64,000 nt of DNA. Origin: Tubulanus polymorphus (taxonomy: Eukaryota > Animalia > Nemertea). The notes beneath the pieces were generated by a model that searched no databases, was not told the origin of the DNA, and was given only the letters and a program-made list of their open reading frames with translations. Location: contig NC_134029.1 of the NCBI RefSeq assembly GCF_964204645.1, forward strand, positions 23,802,950 through 23,866,949, given 5' to 3'. The translations under genes were made by a program, and so were the position numbers. Positions 42,381 to 56,700 of this stretch are shown here, piece after piece (position 1 is the first letter of the stretch; each line of letters starts with the position of its first letter).

Positions 42381-44779
42381 TAATATAGCAACTCATGGAT
42401 AAAGGCCTAAATCGATTTAAGATAAACTGAATTAATAAAGAAATTAAATCGATTCAAGTGTTAAACCTTTTTGTGAAACTGGGCCGTGGGCATTGTTGTT
42501 GTCCAATCAGTTTCACCCAGGGATCCCAATGGAGTTTTAGAAAGTGTAAAAACGATAATCTGTTAATCCAATGTCTGTTAATCAACAGTTTTTATACTAC
42601 CTACAACTCTGATACGAGCCCCTGTGTTTTATTCTTGCGATGTACTTTTTCAACCCAATAAATAATCCCAGTAACTGCATAGTCCACCAGCAAACTTTTA
42701 CACGTTCAGAAGACATGATTATGTTTGGACTAGTTACATGAAAAAAAGACCAAATATTGTAAAATATAGTTATTTCCAAAATCTCGATGTATTAAATTAG
42801 GCAGAAAAAAATAGATAAAATTATTCAACCTTGTAAACTTTCGGACTAGTTACATAAAAAAAGACCAAATAATGATTATATATGATTCAATGGCATAACC
42901 AATACGACTTTGCACATTACACCGGGCCCGTTAACAGTTGTTGACGGAAAAAGTCGCACAATTCGAATTTTATATGAAATGATTTATTAAAACGAAACCA
43001 ACCGCGTTTCGACTGTTGACAGATCAGGTGGAATGACCAGAAAACGGAAGTAACGTAGCATATAAACTGACAGGACATAAACAAAAGAAATATGTCCGAA
43101 CAAATGTAAACAGAACAAGTGAGAAATGAAAACAACCAGCGGTACCGTACCGGAGAAACCACAAAATATAAAATACCTGCGTGGTGAATTCATATCCCCT
43201 ATTGTCCCCCCTGGCCCTGCAGTAAATAAGAATTTATCGGTAGGCCTTTATCTATTTATAAATGAAATCAAATTGGAAAATGTAATAATTACAATCGATG
43301 GTTGAATTTATTTATTTATAATCGTGAGAAATGTTACTTCATTTTTCTCTTGAAAGACTTTTTGTGTAAACGCTAGAAATCCCACAATAAATACAGCCAA
43401 AACGAGATGATGGCTGTGGCAGTCTTCAGCCGAAACGTTATTACTCTTTCTAACTGTCAGCGGCGGATGATGGTCTACCGAAATCAAATTTCTGACTTTT
43501 CGATAGAATTGTTGTTTATATAATCTTCTATTTGTATATGATTTTTATGTAGTGAGCTTTTATTAATAGTGCTATATCTATTCACCACGTCCGATTTGAA
43601 GGTGCGTAATCCACTTTTCTCCAGTCGTGGATCTACTGCCACCAGAACGGCCCGCCCGGCAGTTGGAACTCGGCTTGTTCGTCTCGGCTGGATCTGATTT
43701 CGAAAAACCAATTTACGAAAATGTTTCAAACATTCGTCCGTCCGTGAAGTAATGACTTCCGTGATCGATACGACAGCAGTAAGAAGTGTCGCATTTCTTT
43801 CATTGACAGCTGTTTCTCCAACCTTCATTATAAACTACTTCACTACATTGCATTACATACTCGTGCTGGGGAATATATATGTATTTCCCTTTTTCAAAAT
43901 GAAGTATCTCTGGTTTTATAGGATTCCGTCCATAACTGAAGCCAAAAAAATACGCAAACAGTCCTCTTATGTAGGAGTAAAATCCTAAAATAAATAAATT
44001 GATGGCTATATAGTATATTTTTGAATAAAATGTTTAGCTATCAGTTCATTTATTGTGGGATTTTACTCTTATCGTTTTATCATCGGATATTGTGATCTAC
44101 AAAAGATGTATATTCTTACAGAAGTGTCTAATTCATTGCACGCACCGGTTTATATTTCATCGAGTTAAACCCTTAGTACCCGTAGTAGAATCAGAAGTTC
44201 TTGCCGGACACGTTTTCAAGAAGGTATATATCAAAACTTGACATGAAGCATCGCACAAACGGAACCCTTCAACGAATAGGATACATCGGGAAAGTCAGAC
44301 CGCAACAAGCGCTGAAATATTATACACCTAACGTTTTGAAATATTTACTCTTGAAAGAGGCGCAATATTAAATTGAATGTCACAGTAGCATCAGGTGATC
44401 AAATAGCATGAATTATACGCGGATACGCAGATCTGTTGCGATAGGAGTTAGTCAGGTGATAGGACAGAGCACTTGCCACATGACGAGAGTGCGTGTTTCC
44501 ATGAAAACACACACGCATGCGATAAGCACTTGCACAGTTTTTCAATTTGTTTAAAACGTAAAAAGCCACGATAACAAATATATGATTTATGGCAGTGATT
44601 TTAATTGAAGTTTTGTTTGTTGTACACGCGAACAACTTTTAATTGTGGTGGTAATTTCCAGTCATCGCAAATTCAGTCGTCACCAGTTGAAAAAGCGCGA
44701 TGTGAATATTGCGTACTGTTTGAAGTTGGTCACAAGTCGCGAAGATTTCATTTCTGTGCGTGATTTATGATATTCAAAG

Positions 44780-47700
44780 ATGAAAAAAATCAAAATGTGG
44801 GTAAGTGAAAATTTGTTAATTAGCTGTGATAGAAGTGTGATTATAATTTAGCTTATGATATTAGTAATTTGTTTTAGTTAGTATCATATCCTTCATATTA
44901 TTCAGTGCCCATCTATCGAATATCTCCTACACTCTATTTTCATCACATATTTTTCTATAATGGCAAGTAATTAATTACAATAATCACGTGTAATTAATAA
45001 TTCATTAGTGATCATTAGTAAGTAGTTTGTTAGGTAACATCTCCTCTGTCACATATGATCCATAATTATTCATTCACAGTTATTCATGTTTTGCTCGCGA
45101 GTCTGACACACTAGACCCCCCTCCACCACCCCGCGTCCCGCTATTTGTTAACCTATACTCGGCATTCTGTGAATAAAATTTTTAAGCCATCCGCTTCGTT
45201 AAAGACTGGAGTTAACCCGGGTTGCAGTTGACCAATCTTGTGAGTTTGAGAGTTAAAATCATTTCATTGTCAGATCTTCATTATTTGGAAATATATTATA
45301 GATAAGTCGATGCGGTCGGTGTGGTTAATAGCTATAGTTCCCGCGGCGCCATTTCGCTAGATCTCACCGGCTGGTTACACTTGGAATCAGGATCCGGTTC
45401 CGTATAGTTGTAGCATATATGCATCAAACATTTCAATAGGCCCCGGTAGCCATACCGATTCTATAGTCAAAACATCGGCAATGAATAATTACAACTCGAT
45501 GGTCAAACACGGTGGAACTTGGTCTAAAAATTCCCCGATTTAAATCATTCGAGGGTATATTTGTTACAACTGGTATAAGCCACAAACAGCCGACAAAAAC
45601 AGCTGGACGTAGAGAGAACATATCAATCAATAATATTGAAATATTGAAGTATCATCGGCCTTTTCTAGGTTTCTATGATGACTACATTCTGATGATTTTC
45701 GATCATTATATAAAATAATTGAAAATATGAATATGAAAAAAATTAATGCCGGTAAGGTTTTTACGATACCGTACAAAAATAAACCATAGGGGATGTATTT
45801 TTGATGTCACGCAATATCTCGTGTGAGATTTTTATTGTTGGTAGCGGACGCTCAGTCAAAGAAAAATCATATATAGAATTCAAACTAAACTCGTAATCTA
45901 TGCCGGTTTTCGTATCGAAAGTAGCTCTTTTGATTCACTGATTTTCATTTTCAAACGCTGATGCGCTTCGAAACAACGATTAGTCCGAGGTAATGAAATA
46001 TGGACCCAATTTCGCTAAAAGGTCTAACTTCTAAATCGATTTTAACATGAACTGAATTATTGAAGATAATTTAAATTGTTTTTATGAAATTCGACCCTAG
46101 AGACTATACGGTCTAAAATAATGTCATGGGATTTATAGAACTTTATAGCTGGGTCTGATTTGATAGAAGTGCTCACATATAATGCGAAACAGCGATGTAT
46201 AAGTCAATAGGAAATTGGAACTAGTTGCCTTGATTCATTCGAGATAGAGAGTCCCTATAAGGCATTTAGGAAGAGGCTGAAATCTATGGCTCGACATAGT
46301 TTTATATTTATATAATCTTATTGCTTATTTTGTTTCATGTAAAGCGTTACGAGTCCGTAAAGGGAATAACGCTATCTTTAAACATTATTGTCATTATTAC
46401 GATGATTATTAGCTGAAAAAAATGACATTCGTTTTAAAATTTGATACAAACAGTATCAATATTTGGCGCCGAATCGGCTCGTACGGGATAGATGTAGTTA
46501 ACCTTTGTATACCTGTCTGGTGGATTCATTCAATTGCGCTATAGTTGTGGTTTATTAACGCAGTGTCGATATAAACGGGGGTTTTCTGTTCATCATTTGT
46601 CAGATTGTTTTGTTGATTTATCAGTATTGAAAACACACCAAACTTGCACTCATTACTGAATACAGATCGCCGCAGCTGAGTTCAATTGTCACATTCTGCA
46701 TTACAATGATAACATTTTCACGGTATAATATCCCGTTGAGGCTCAGCAGTTACATTGTTCTGATACACGAGAACAGAGAGGAAAAGTTCATTATCTAACG
46801 ATGTTTCCAAACAAAACTCTGCGATTGATGTAGCGATTATGGGTATTTGAATGTTATTCAATCACTAGTCCTTAAAAATCAGCTGCCACGATCGTCTATT
46901 TTTAATAAATGGTGTCCATTCGAGTCCCATAAATGGATGAATAAAACTGAGTGAATCACTCAAAACCAGGCGACATACCACAACGGTGTCCATGGAAACT
47001 GTTAAAATGTTCACCGGCACGCGACCAACCTGTTGTTTTTATGTGGATAGACATTCAATTACCGAGGGGCATTCAATATAGTTGCAAAACTCCCAAATGT
47101 ATGGTGTAATCTCCGGTCCGCAATGCGATTATCATATTGTCTGTGTTGTTTAAAAATGCAGCGCTGAATTATGTCTCAAATATTACAACGTTACAGCAAA
47201 GTTTCCGTCAATTGAAACAAAATATTAAATGAAATGTTTATTTAACACTTGTCGTCAATATTTGCCTCGGATAGAGTCATCGTTATTAGGAACAGTCCGT
47301 ACAAACAATACGTAGAATCAACTCATAGAATATGAGATTGTGACGCTTTCGAAAAAGTACCATATTTTTTTCATAAGAATTATGGACAATTCCAAAGTTT
47401 GATGTCAGGGTCAAATTTTAATTCGCTTCCGTGATTGAAACTAAGTCCACAAGACTGTAGTGAACTTATGTAAATCTCAGTATAGTTAACGAATAAAAAC
47501 TCATGATCTGAAGATGAGGTTTAGTTTTAACCTCGAAACCGTTAGGAAATAAACTGTTTCTACAAATCTACGGGTTTTTATTCGTTAGCCCACATGTTCC
47601 ATGTTCTCAATCTTCCAAAATCTTGATATCTTTTCCGAGTGAATTAGTGCATATACGTACATCTGTTAATGATCTAGTAATCAGTTGTGATCTTCTAATT

Positions 47701-50700
47701 CATTTTCAGACAGCTATAGCAATGCTGATTGCTTGTTTTGTAGGTAAGATTCGTGCGATATGAGAATAAAAATATAACCGAATGTCGATTCAAAGACAAG
47801 ACATGAGTAAAACTAGTTCGCGAAATTATTTTCTTTTTTTGTATAATATTTCAGTTGCGGTTGAGGCGGCAAATTTCACAACTCAAGATCCCTATGTAAC
47901 TAATGAAGCAACGACGTCAGCGGAAAGCTATCAGAGTTCAACACACGCCACTACATCTGCTACAAACACTACTACAGCTGCAAACACCACTACAGCTGCA
48001 CCAGATACAACTCACGCCACTACATCTGCTACAAACTCTACTACAGCTGCAAACACCACTACAGCTGCACCAGATACAACTCACGCCACTACATCTGCTG
48101 CAAACACTACTGTAGCTGCAAACACCACTACAGCTGCACCAGATACAACTTACGCCACTACGTCTGCTGCAAACACTACTGTAGCTGCAAACACCACTAC
48201 AGCCGCACCAGATACAACTTACGCCACTACATCCGCTACAAACACTACTGTAGCTGCAAACACCACTACAGCTGCACCAGATACAACTCACGCCACTACA
48301 TCTGCTACAAACACTACGGTAGCTGCAAACACCACTACAGCTGCACCAGATACAACTTACGCCACTACACCTGCTACAAACACTACTGTAGCTGCAAACA
48401 CCACTACAGCTGCACCAGATACAACTCACGCTACTTCATCTGCCACAAACACTACGGTTGCACCAACAAGTTCAGTCGCCCCATCAAGTTCAGAAACCCC
48501 AACAAGTTCGGTGGCCCCATCAAGTTCAGTAGCCCCATCAAGTTCCGTCGCCCCAACAAGTTCTGTTGCCCCAACAAGTACAGTAGCCCCAACAAGTTCA
48601 ATCGCCCCAACAAGTTCAGTTGCCCCGACAAGTTCAGTAGTCGCAACAAGTGCGACTTCCTCAACAAGTTCAACTTCCTCATTAACAAGTTCGACTTCCT
48701 CAACAAGTACGGCTGCAACAACAACTGTATCGACGACAGTTCAAAAACCACAACAGACGACCACGGCATCTACGGTGACATCTAAACCTACAGCCAGTAA
48801 AGAAACTGAACGTCTAAGTGGCCAGTCACAAGCACTGGTTAATGTAAAAAATGGCGCAGAATTAGCTACAAAAGTTAACAAGATCATGAGTGAACTCAAC
48901 ATCAGACCTCCATCGGTATGAATACACTTGTATCTATATCCATCTCAATGAGTGTTTTAACGTACGATTTCTTTACGAGACTACAATATAAAATCTAAAC
49001 CACCATCTTTAAAAATTGTGAGCATTTCAAATTTTATTTTAAAGCATTAACGGGGATCAATTATCCGTTTTTAACACGTTTCTTTGCATCATCCACTACT
49101 ATTGTAGAATACTACCACGGATAATGGACTACAGGTTGATACAAATGCTGAGCACTCCTTGCGGGAAAAGGTTCGAAGAAAAAGTTTATTCTTTTCAATA
49201 ATTTAGGACATGAAGGGGCCTTCTTTCAACAGTTTGAAATGATTATGCATGGCTACTTTCAGATCAGATTAGATGCTGTAACAGCCATCGACAATTTTGC
49301 TAAAGTAAAAAAGACTGATCTTAAAATGATAAACAAATTATCTATTTCATTGGGAAAAACGACATCAAAACAAGAGGAACTTTCATCAGCTATAATGGTA
49401 GGTCACACTGTGCTGGTCTAATAGTTTTAGCCTGATCGTTTTAATATCGAAATACAGTGCTAATTCATTCTAAAGAAAAATGAAGCAATACAGTGCTAAT
49501 TCTTTCGAAGGAGAAATGAAGCTTCAACCTTCAGCAACTCAAACCGCGCCTCCAAACTTTCAATTTTACAAACTAAAACCAGACTTTTAGACTTTTATCA
49601 CTCATTCTTGTCAGGGAAAAGGCATGGATGCATCTGACACCTTATATGCAAAAGGAGCTGCGCTTGTGAATTCAGTTCAACAAGTGGAAACTTTAACAAA
49701 CGGTAACGATTTCACTTTAACCTCTTTACTATCAACTTCAACGCATATATCTTACATAAACCAACCATGTTAATATCAGAGAATATAATTGGCCCGCCGA
49801 TTGTCGCACCGCCTTTAAATCACTTTAAATACGACGTTTTTTATCATTGTATATTGTTCTGTCCGTGTTCTGAATGTGAATGTACACTGTATTTTCCAGA
49901 AGTGGCCGCTACACCGGATAATATCATCGGAGCATTGGTTGAAAAACAGAGTCAATCGATTAACAAGAACAGCGTCATCGATCAACAAACAAAAATAGAG
50001 GTACAGAATCATTGGCCACACCGTAGAAAATAAAAGATCCAGTTGCTGAGAGCACAGTGTATATAGATTGCAGTATGAACACGGAAAATAATATCTGTAT
50101 TTGAACATGCGAGATGAAAATAGAATACACAACTATACATATTTTGATTAATATTTACACAGCGATGACGATATTATTCGCGCACTTGTTTATCGTCTGA
50201 GCTGATGATTCATGTTTAATTGTTTTCTGTTCTTTTGAATTGAGATTTTTAATATGGGAAATTCCCTACAAACGAGTATAACATGCTATTCTATCGAGCC
50301 CGGTAACTTCTTCTATTTGGCTTGTAGGCGAAAAACGTGATGGAAAAATCGGAAAATCTAGTGAACAAAATGCAAGATCTTATGCTGTCGAAGATTGAGA
50401 CCGCTACGGAACGAATTGAAATTGTTAAGTCCAATTTTGCTATCACAGTCGCTAAAATGGACTCGACGTCATTGACGAAAAAATCGTCGTTTCCCGCAAA
50501 AGCTGCGACATTAAAAATGCCAAGTGACTTATTACAAACATCATGGAAAGGAAAACTTCATATAAAGGTATCAACTTTAAAATGAAATGAAGATTGATTT
50601 CATTTATTTACGTCAATGTCTCATTTTCCTACTTGATTGTTTAGGTTACATCGTTTACCAAGAACCCGTATCTGTTCGTAGATAACTCCGAACTGGTCAA

Positions 50701-53700
50701 CTCAGCCGTACTGGTAGCTGACGTTAGAGATGAAAAAACTGGACAGCGCCCGCAGCCAGACCTGTTCCGTTCAGATTCTGGGGTTTGTGGCGGCGTGCTT
50801 TCCTCCCAGGGTGACAATTCAAAACCGATAGTAGTACCCGTAAACGGCAGCTTCCCGGCATTAGGCAAATTACACACCTTCACATTCTCCAGTCCGCATC
50901 TGAGTTTTCGCTTCACGTACACGAGAAAATTTCAAGGATCGTTCGACTTGATTGGAAAATATACGACAAACAGCGCGCTAGCGAGTACCGGCCGACTGGT
51001 ACAACCGTCAGAACAGGATTACGACTTCCATCTGGTATCGGTAACTGATCGCATTCAGAACAAGAAAATAACGACCGGGTGGCAGGATATGATAATATCA
51101 TTCAAAGATGATAAAAATCTCGTCATTTTTATTCCATCATCAGTGGTCAGAAAACCCGGTAAACTGCTTATAATAATAAAGGTCAAATTGATTCAAATAG
51201 GTTTGTGTTATACTTTGCTGGCCACTTTATCAATTATAGTTCCACTTTCCCAATAGTCTTGAAAGTTAATCTTTTTTTTACAAAAAGGTCAGTTGCGGAA
51301 ACGCCGGGCCGTACCTCTTGATCCCAGGTATATCATCACTCCAGTTATAATGCAGCTTAGAAATTGGAACAAAAAGACTAATAGTTGGGAAACAGCAGAT
51401 TGGATTCAGGTATAGTCAATTTCTTTTTAATTTGGCTTACGTGATTCGTGATTCAGCCTGATTCATTTGATTCTGTTGTCTTTTAAGTTTCATTTTACAA
51501 CAAAAACAATCAGTAAATAACTTAATGAATTGATTTCTGAAAACTTCCAATGTTCCGATGTAAATAAAAAAATTTATGCCGAACACAAATTGACGAAATG
51601 TTAGTAAGAATTTTTCTAACTCGAACCATAAATTACTGAGAAAGAATGTAAAATGTGGAAATGAAATGGAACCGATGCTGATTCCATGATTTCTAAAAAG
51701 CACTGGTTGAATGGCGGACATTAAGTTGTAGATGCATTTAACTGCAGCTTGTGGGAAAACTAGTAAAACATACACAATAACTACAACAAGAAGAGTTTTA
51801 CTGGCTGAAGATTGATGATGATCTGTTCTCTTCGCTCTCATCTCAGATCTCTTATTGCGTAATACAGCAGTTAACACTGATAATATTACAATCATTACAG
51901 AAGGAAATATATCTTGTAAAAATGTTTTTACAGCACTCAATGATTCTCTAAACCAAACATTTGGATATCTCATTGTCTGATCACATGTTAAATGGTCATA
52001 TGTTTCATTGTATCTGCGATTTTTGTGGAGGTTAACACGATTGCGTATGATTGCTGAATCCAAGTTCATAAAATACGCCCAGAAGATGACAAAACCTACT
52101 GCAAGTTTACGCCGAGTGACGGTGAAATGTTTCATATGAAAGAAAGGAAAACGAATAGAAACAAATCTCTCGATAGCAATCACTATGACTGTGTAGTTTG
52201 ATACAGATATTGCCTGGTTATAAAATAGGTTTGAAAATATACACGAAGGAAACAATCGTCTGGGCAGATAATAGAAATACTTATAGAAATAGTAAAGTGA
52301 TGGACATAGTTTACTGTGTTTAGCGAATGTCAGAAAAGTAGTGCGACATTCTCTATAAAATCCTAGACGAGAAACCAAAAACGTTTTCAAATGTCGTGGA
52401 AATTTCTCTAACTCAAACAGCACGACAAGTTGATCTGAAACCGCCAGAGTTATGAGATAGGGGAACGTGTAACGAACTGACTGATATCTGCGACACTTTA
52501 TCAGTAAAATTATTGTCAGAAAGTTAAGCACACTTCCCGGCGGAAGCAAGAAAACATATCTGAATATTCTGTTATATTTATAAATGAAGTCGGTGAATCT
52601 TCTAAAAGCTATGATATAATCCGGTGTCTTCACAACAGTGCGGTATATTCTACGAGTTGTAGTGGTGATAGTGGTGAAATTATCCATGAAGAGAACAGAA
52701 CAGTTTGATGCGACGATCTGCGTGGAGTAACTGCTTCTCTCACATTGTGTGTTACTGCGGAATCACAGAACAGAATTTCACACTCTATAATCATCTAAAC
52801 ATTTCACACGATGCTGTGTTGAAATTACTACTTGCATATTTACAAAAAAATCAATCTAAAATTGCTGTAGAAGTTACATACGAAAATGTTGCAATTTTTA
52901 GACGCGAATTTATATACATATATATTCATTGCCAACTGTAGTTTTGTTGTAAGTACATCGCAGTCGTCTCTCCTGTCTTTACAAGGATACATAAGTTTCG
53001 AATTCTGAAAGTTGACCAAGCACCAATTTGACTTTCAGAATTTGACTATGTGTCAATCTGCTATCTCCATCTACCTTACTTAGTTACATAATCTGTATTC
53101 ATTCTGAACCATTAAGAATTTCTGTGGCATCTACGGCACCCCGTGATGTTTTTATTGCTTGGTCTGTCTGACATATAGCTTCTGTTTAATCCATCATCCT
53201 CATTCAGCGAGTTATTATATTTTGTTACTTGATTTTCTGGTCATCCCGCCTGATGATGGCTCTTGAGTCGACGGCCGAAACGTTGTGATGTAAGAACCAG
53301 GGACCACAGGAATCCCACCAGGGACCACAAAAAGTGACCACACTAAAGCGGTCACTTTTTACAAAGAAATATAGTTTAAAAGTTTAAAGTTTGGTCACTT
53401 CCACCCGTCGTCAGTCTAGAACCACCCGGAATATCTTAATTAAAAGAAGTTTCAAATGTTGGATTTTTACATTTCTAATAATTTTTCAGATTTTACCGCC
53501 AAACAGTGGTTCAGCTGTGCAGTTTAAGAGTAATTTCTTCGGAACGTTTACGGCCGGAATGTTCGCACCTCCAAATACGATTGATTTTGCGAAGATATTT
53601 CCGGATTTTTTGACGTTGCTGTCGGACAATCCTTACGTACTGATAACAGTGTGCATATCATTGAGTTTGTTTTTATTATTATTGATATGGGCTCGTCGTG

Positions 53701-56700
53701 CTGACCGCAACGATCGACTAATGGTGAGTATCGTTCTTTTCATTCTTATCTTGTTTTTCTTTATTTTGGGAAATCAAGTATCCGAATCCAGATATATTCG
53801 AAACTTAACAAAATTTGTTGAAGAAATACCACTGTATACTCAAGAAATATACCTCCTATTGTACATTTTTCAATTTTGTATATATGACATTCGTGTAATC
53901 TATGATTTACTTATTCAATCAGTGGTTGGCGGCCCCGTTATTGGACAACGAGTCAGTTGATCAATACTCCTATAAAATAACAATTCAAACCTCGTCATTA
54001 ATGGGGGCAGGAAGCACTGCGAACGTTTTCATTATGCTGATCGGAGACAAGAATGCTTGTAGACCACATACTCTTTTTGATGGTTTTCGAGAAGTAAGAT
54101 TCCCAATATTATCCTGTTACATTTTTCTTCGTTAACTTGTATTTGTATTTGTAATAAATCTAAATTTAAATTCCAATAAGTTTATCTTGTCAACTAACGT
54201 TAGATTTTCCATAAATTGTGTGTAGGCTAGATGTAATAAGTGTGGTTAATATTATGTTTCAGAATTTCAAAAGTGGTGCGATGAATACGTTTATATTGAA
54301 AACTCCGGAGGAACTCGGTCACATTCAGTACATATTCATCTGGCATGATAACACCGGAAAATCGCCGGCCTGGTTACTGAGCAACATCACAGTCGAGGAT
54401 ATTCATACTAAAAACTCGTAAATATACCATATTACAGAACCCATTAACCAATTCATCAACGCTGGTCTAATCGCGTTGTAAAATCTTTATGATCCATAAA
54501 AGTCATTGACGCAATAAAGATTGAAATGAAGTTATGACTCTGGTGGTGTCTCCTGTTTCATCCGTTGTGAAATTTATATAACATCATTTGATTTTCAACT
54601 GAAATAATTTTGATTTGGTTCTAGTTATTTCTTCATGTGTGGCAAGTGGCTATCGGAGGAAAGAGACGATAAAAGAACGAACAAACTACTAAGAGTAACC
54701 CATCCGGGAAACTTGGGTCAAGTGCAGAAGATTTTCGGAAAACATTCGCAACATTTTTTGTTCGATTCGCACGTTTGGTTCTCGGTGTTCAAAAGACCAA
54801 ATAAGAGTCGTTTCACGAGGGTTCAGCGCTGGTGCTGTTGTGTAGCCTATCTATTTCTGGTAATGGTGACCAACGCTATGTGGTTTGAAGCCGGTACGAC
54901 TAACACATCGTCAGGGTTGACTATCGGACCATTTAGAATCTCGTTCCGAACTGTTTTCGTGGCGCTGATGTCGAGCGTGATCACTTTACCTCCGTTGATT
55001 CTGCTGATTGAGATTTTTAAGAGACTCAGACGACGGAATTATATCAAAACGTCCCCGGAATTCGATTCCTTGTCATCGAAAGCGACGAAAAAGCGCAAGA
55101 AAACTCTAATGCTGCCCTGGTGGTTCATCTTCATAGCATACGGGCTCGTGATCATCTGTATATTTCTGGGTGCATTTTTCAGTCTTTTCTACAGTCTACA
55201 GTGGGGCAAGCAGAAATCGTGCGACTGGCTGGCGGCGTTATTTTTGTCGTTTGGTGAAAACGTATTTCTCATCGAGCCGTTGAAACTATTGTTTATCGCT
55301 GGTGTGATGACCTGCATCCTGAAATTACCCACGCACGAAGACGACGATGATCTCGACGAAGATTTTTTGAAAGTAGAAACGGCACTTTTACCGAGTAAAA
55401 CTGACGAAATAAATAGTAAGTCTGCAATCTCATACATTGACCAATCATAGAGGTATTAGTTGTACCCACAGTGAGAACGATCTTACTGTACCAAAAACAC
55501 TGATATCAGACATTATAAAGACGAATTTATCGAAAAATACATAATTCTTGGAAAGTTACTTGACAAGTTTAGGGTACTCAATTCCGGGTATCCGAAGAAT
55601 AGGGTATTCAATTTTGGATATCCTTTGTGAGTTATTGGGTTTAGTTGCAACAAATAAGACCGAGATGCATACGAATGGCCGCAACATTTTTCTCGGGTAT
55701 ATTCGGGTATATTCAGGGTTACCGGTAAGGCAGTACCCGAAGTTGAGTAGTACTACCTTGGATGAATGTGCCGAATATTATACTTGAAGAGTTGTTGATG
55801 TTTCGATGAATTCGCCTTAAAGTTCTTGGTAAAATATTGACCACGTTTTTGCACTGATTATCAGAAGTTTGTGTATAAATCCTCAACATTGAATTTTGAA
55901 TTTAAATGAAAAATCATCAACATTAAATTCAGATTTCGCAAATTGAGTCGATTTTTAAAGCCTCCCTAATTCACCGTATGGGACTGAATTATTACTTCAT
56001 GTTGTATAATTACAGTACCGAAGCCGACCGAAATTCCCGATCTACCTGACGACTTGGACAATTGCTACGAGAACGAACGAACGCGAAAACAGCGAGAAAA
56101 ACGGGATAAAGTGTTGTTTCATTCGGCAAGACGAACTGGTTTACAGGCTGTATTTCTGTGCATGGTGATCATTCTGTGCACGAGTAATCGTAGCAGTCAA
56201 TTTTATCATCAGAACTGGGCGATGACGAATGTGATATCGCTTCAATACGAAATAAACGGCATTAAACACACGGTAAGTCTTATCAGAGACACAGCGTACA
56301 GTGTCACCTTTGAAACCAGAAACGGTTTATTTTTGCTATATTCCTAGATAAATATTTATTTTGAATTTTACGTTGGGTTTTTCTATTGTCCGATCTGTGT
56401 CAATATTTGGTTAGTTTTCATTGCAAATTTATAACTGCAGTTGCTTAAATTCGAGAACCGACAGCCCATTTTCGGCGGTTCTGTCAAATAAGACTCTTCG
56501 AAGTTTTAGCGTTGATTTCGCAAATTTACTTCTTGTAGTTAAGCAACTTTGATGATATCTGGAATTGGTTGAATATCAATGTTTTGCCCACAATTTACCC
56601 GACCACGTGGTACAATGGTCAACCGATGTCCGCCATGGACCGGCAGTTTATCAGTAATATGGACGGCTTACGGATCGGACCAGCTAGAATAAGACAAAGT

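Noticed and set aside
46600-47200. Possible pseudogene or extra PKD exons in intron 1
   Set aside because: Frames tried contain stops, and the signal peptide splices cleanly without it.
47938-48429. Cys-rich metallothionein-like antisense ORF
   Set aside because: Reverse-strand read-out of the Thr/Ala mucin repeat.
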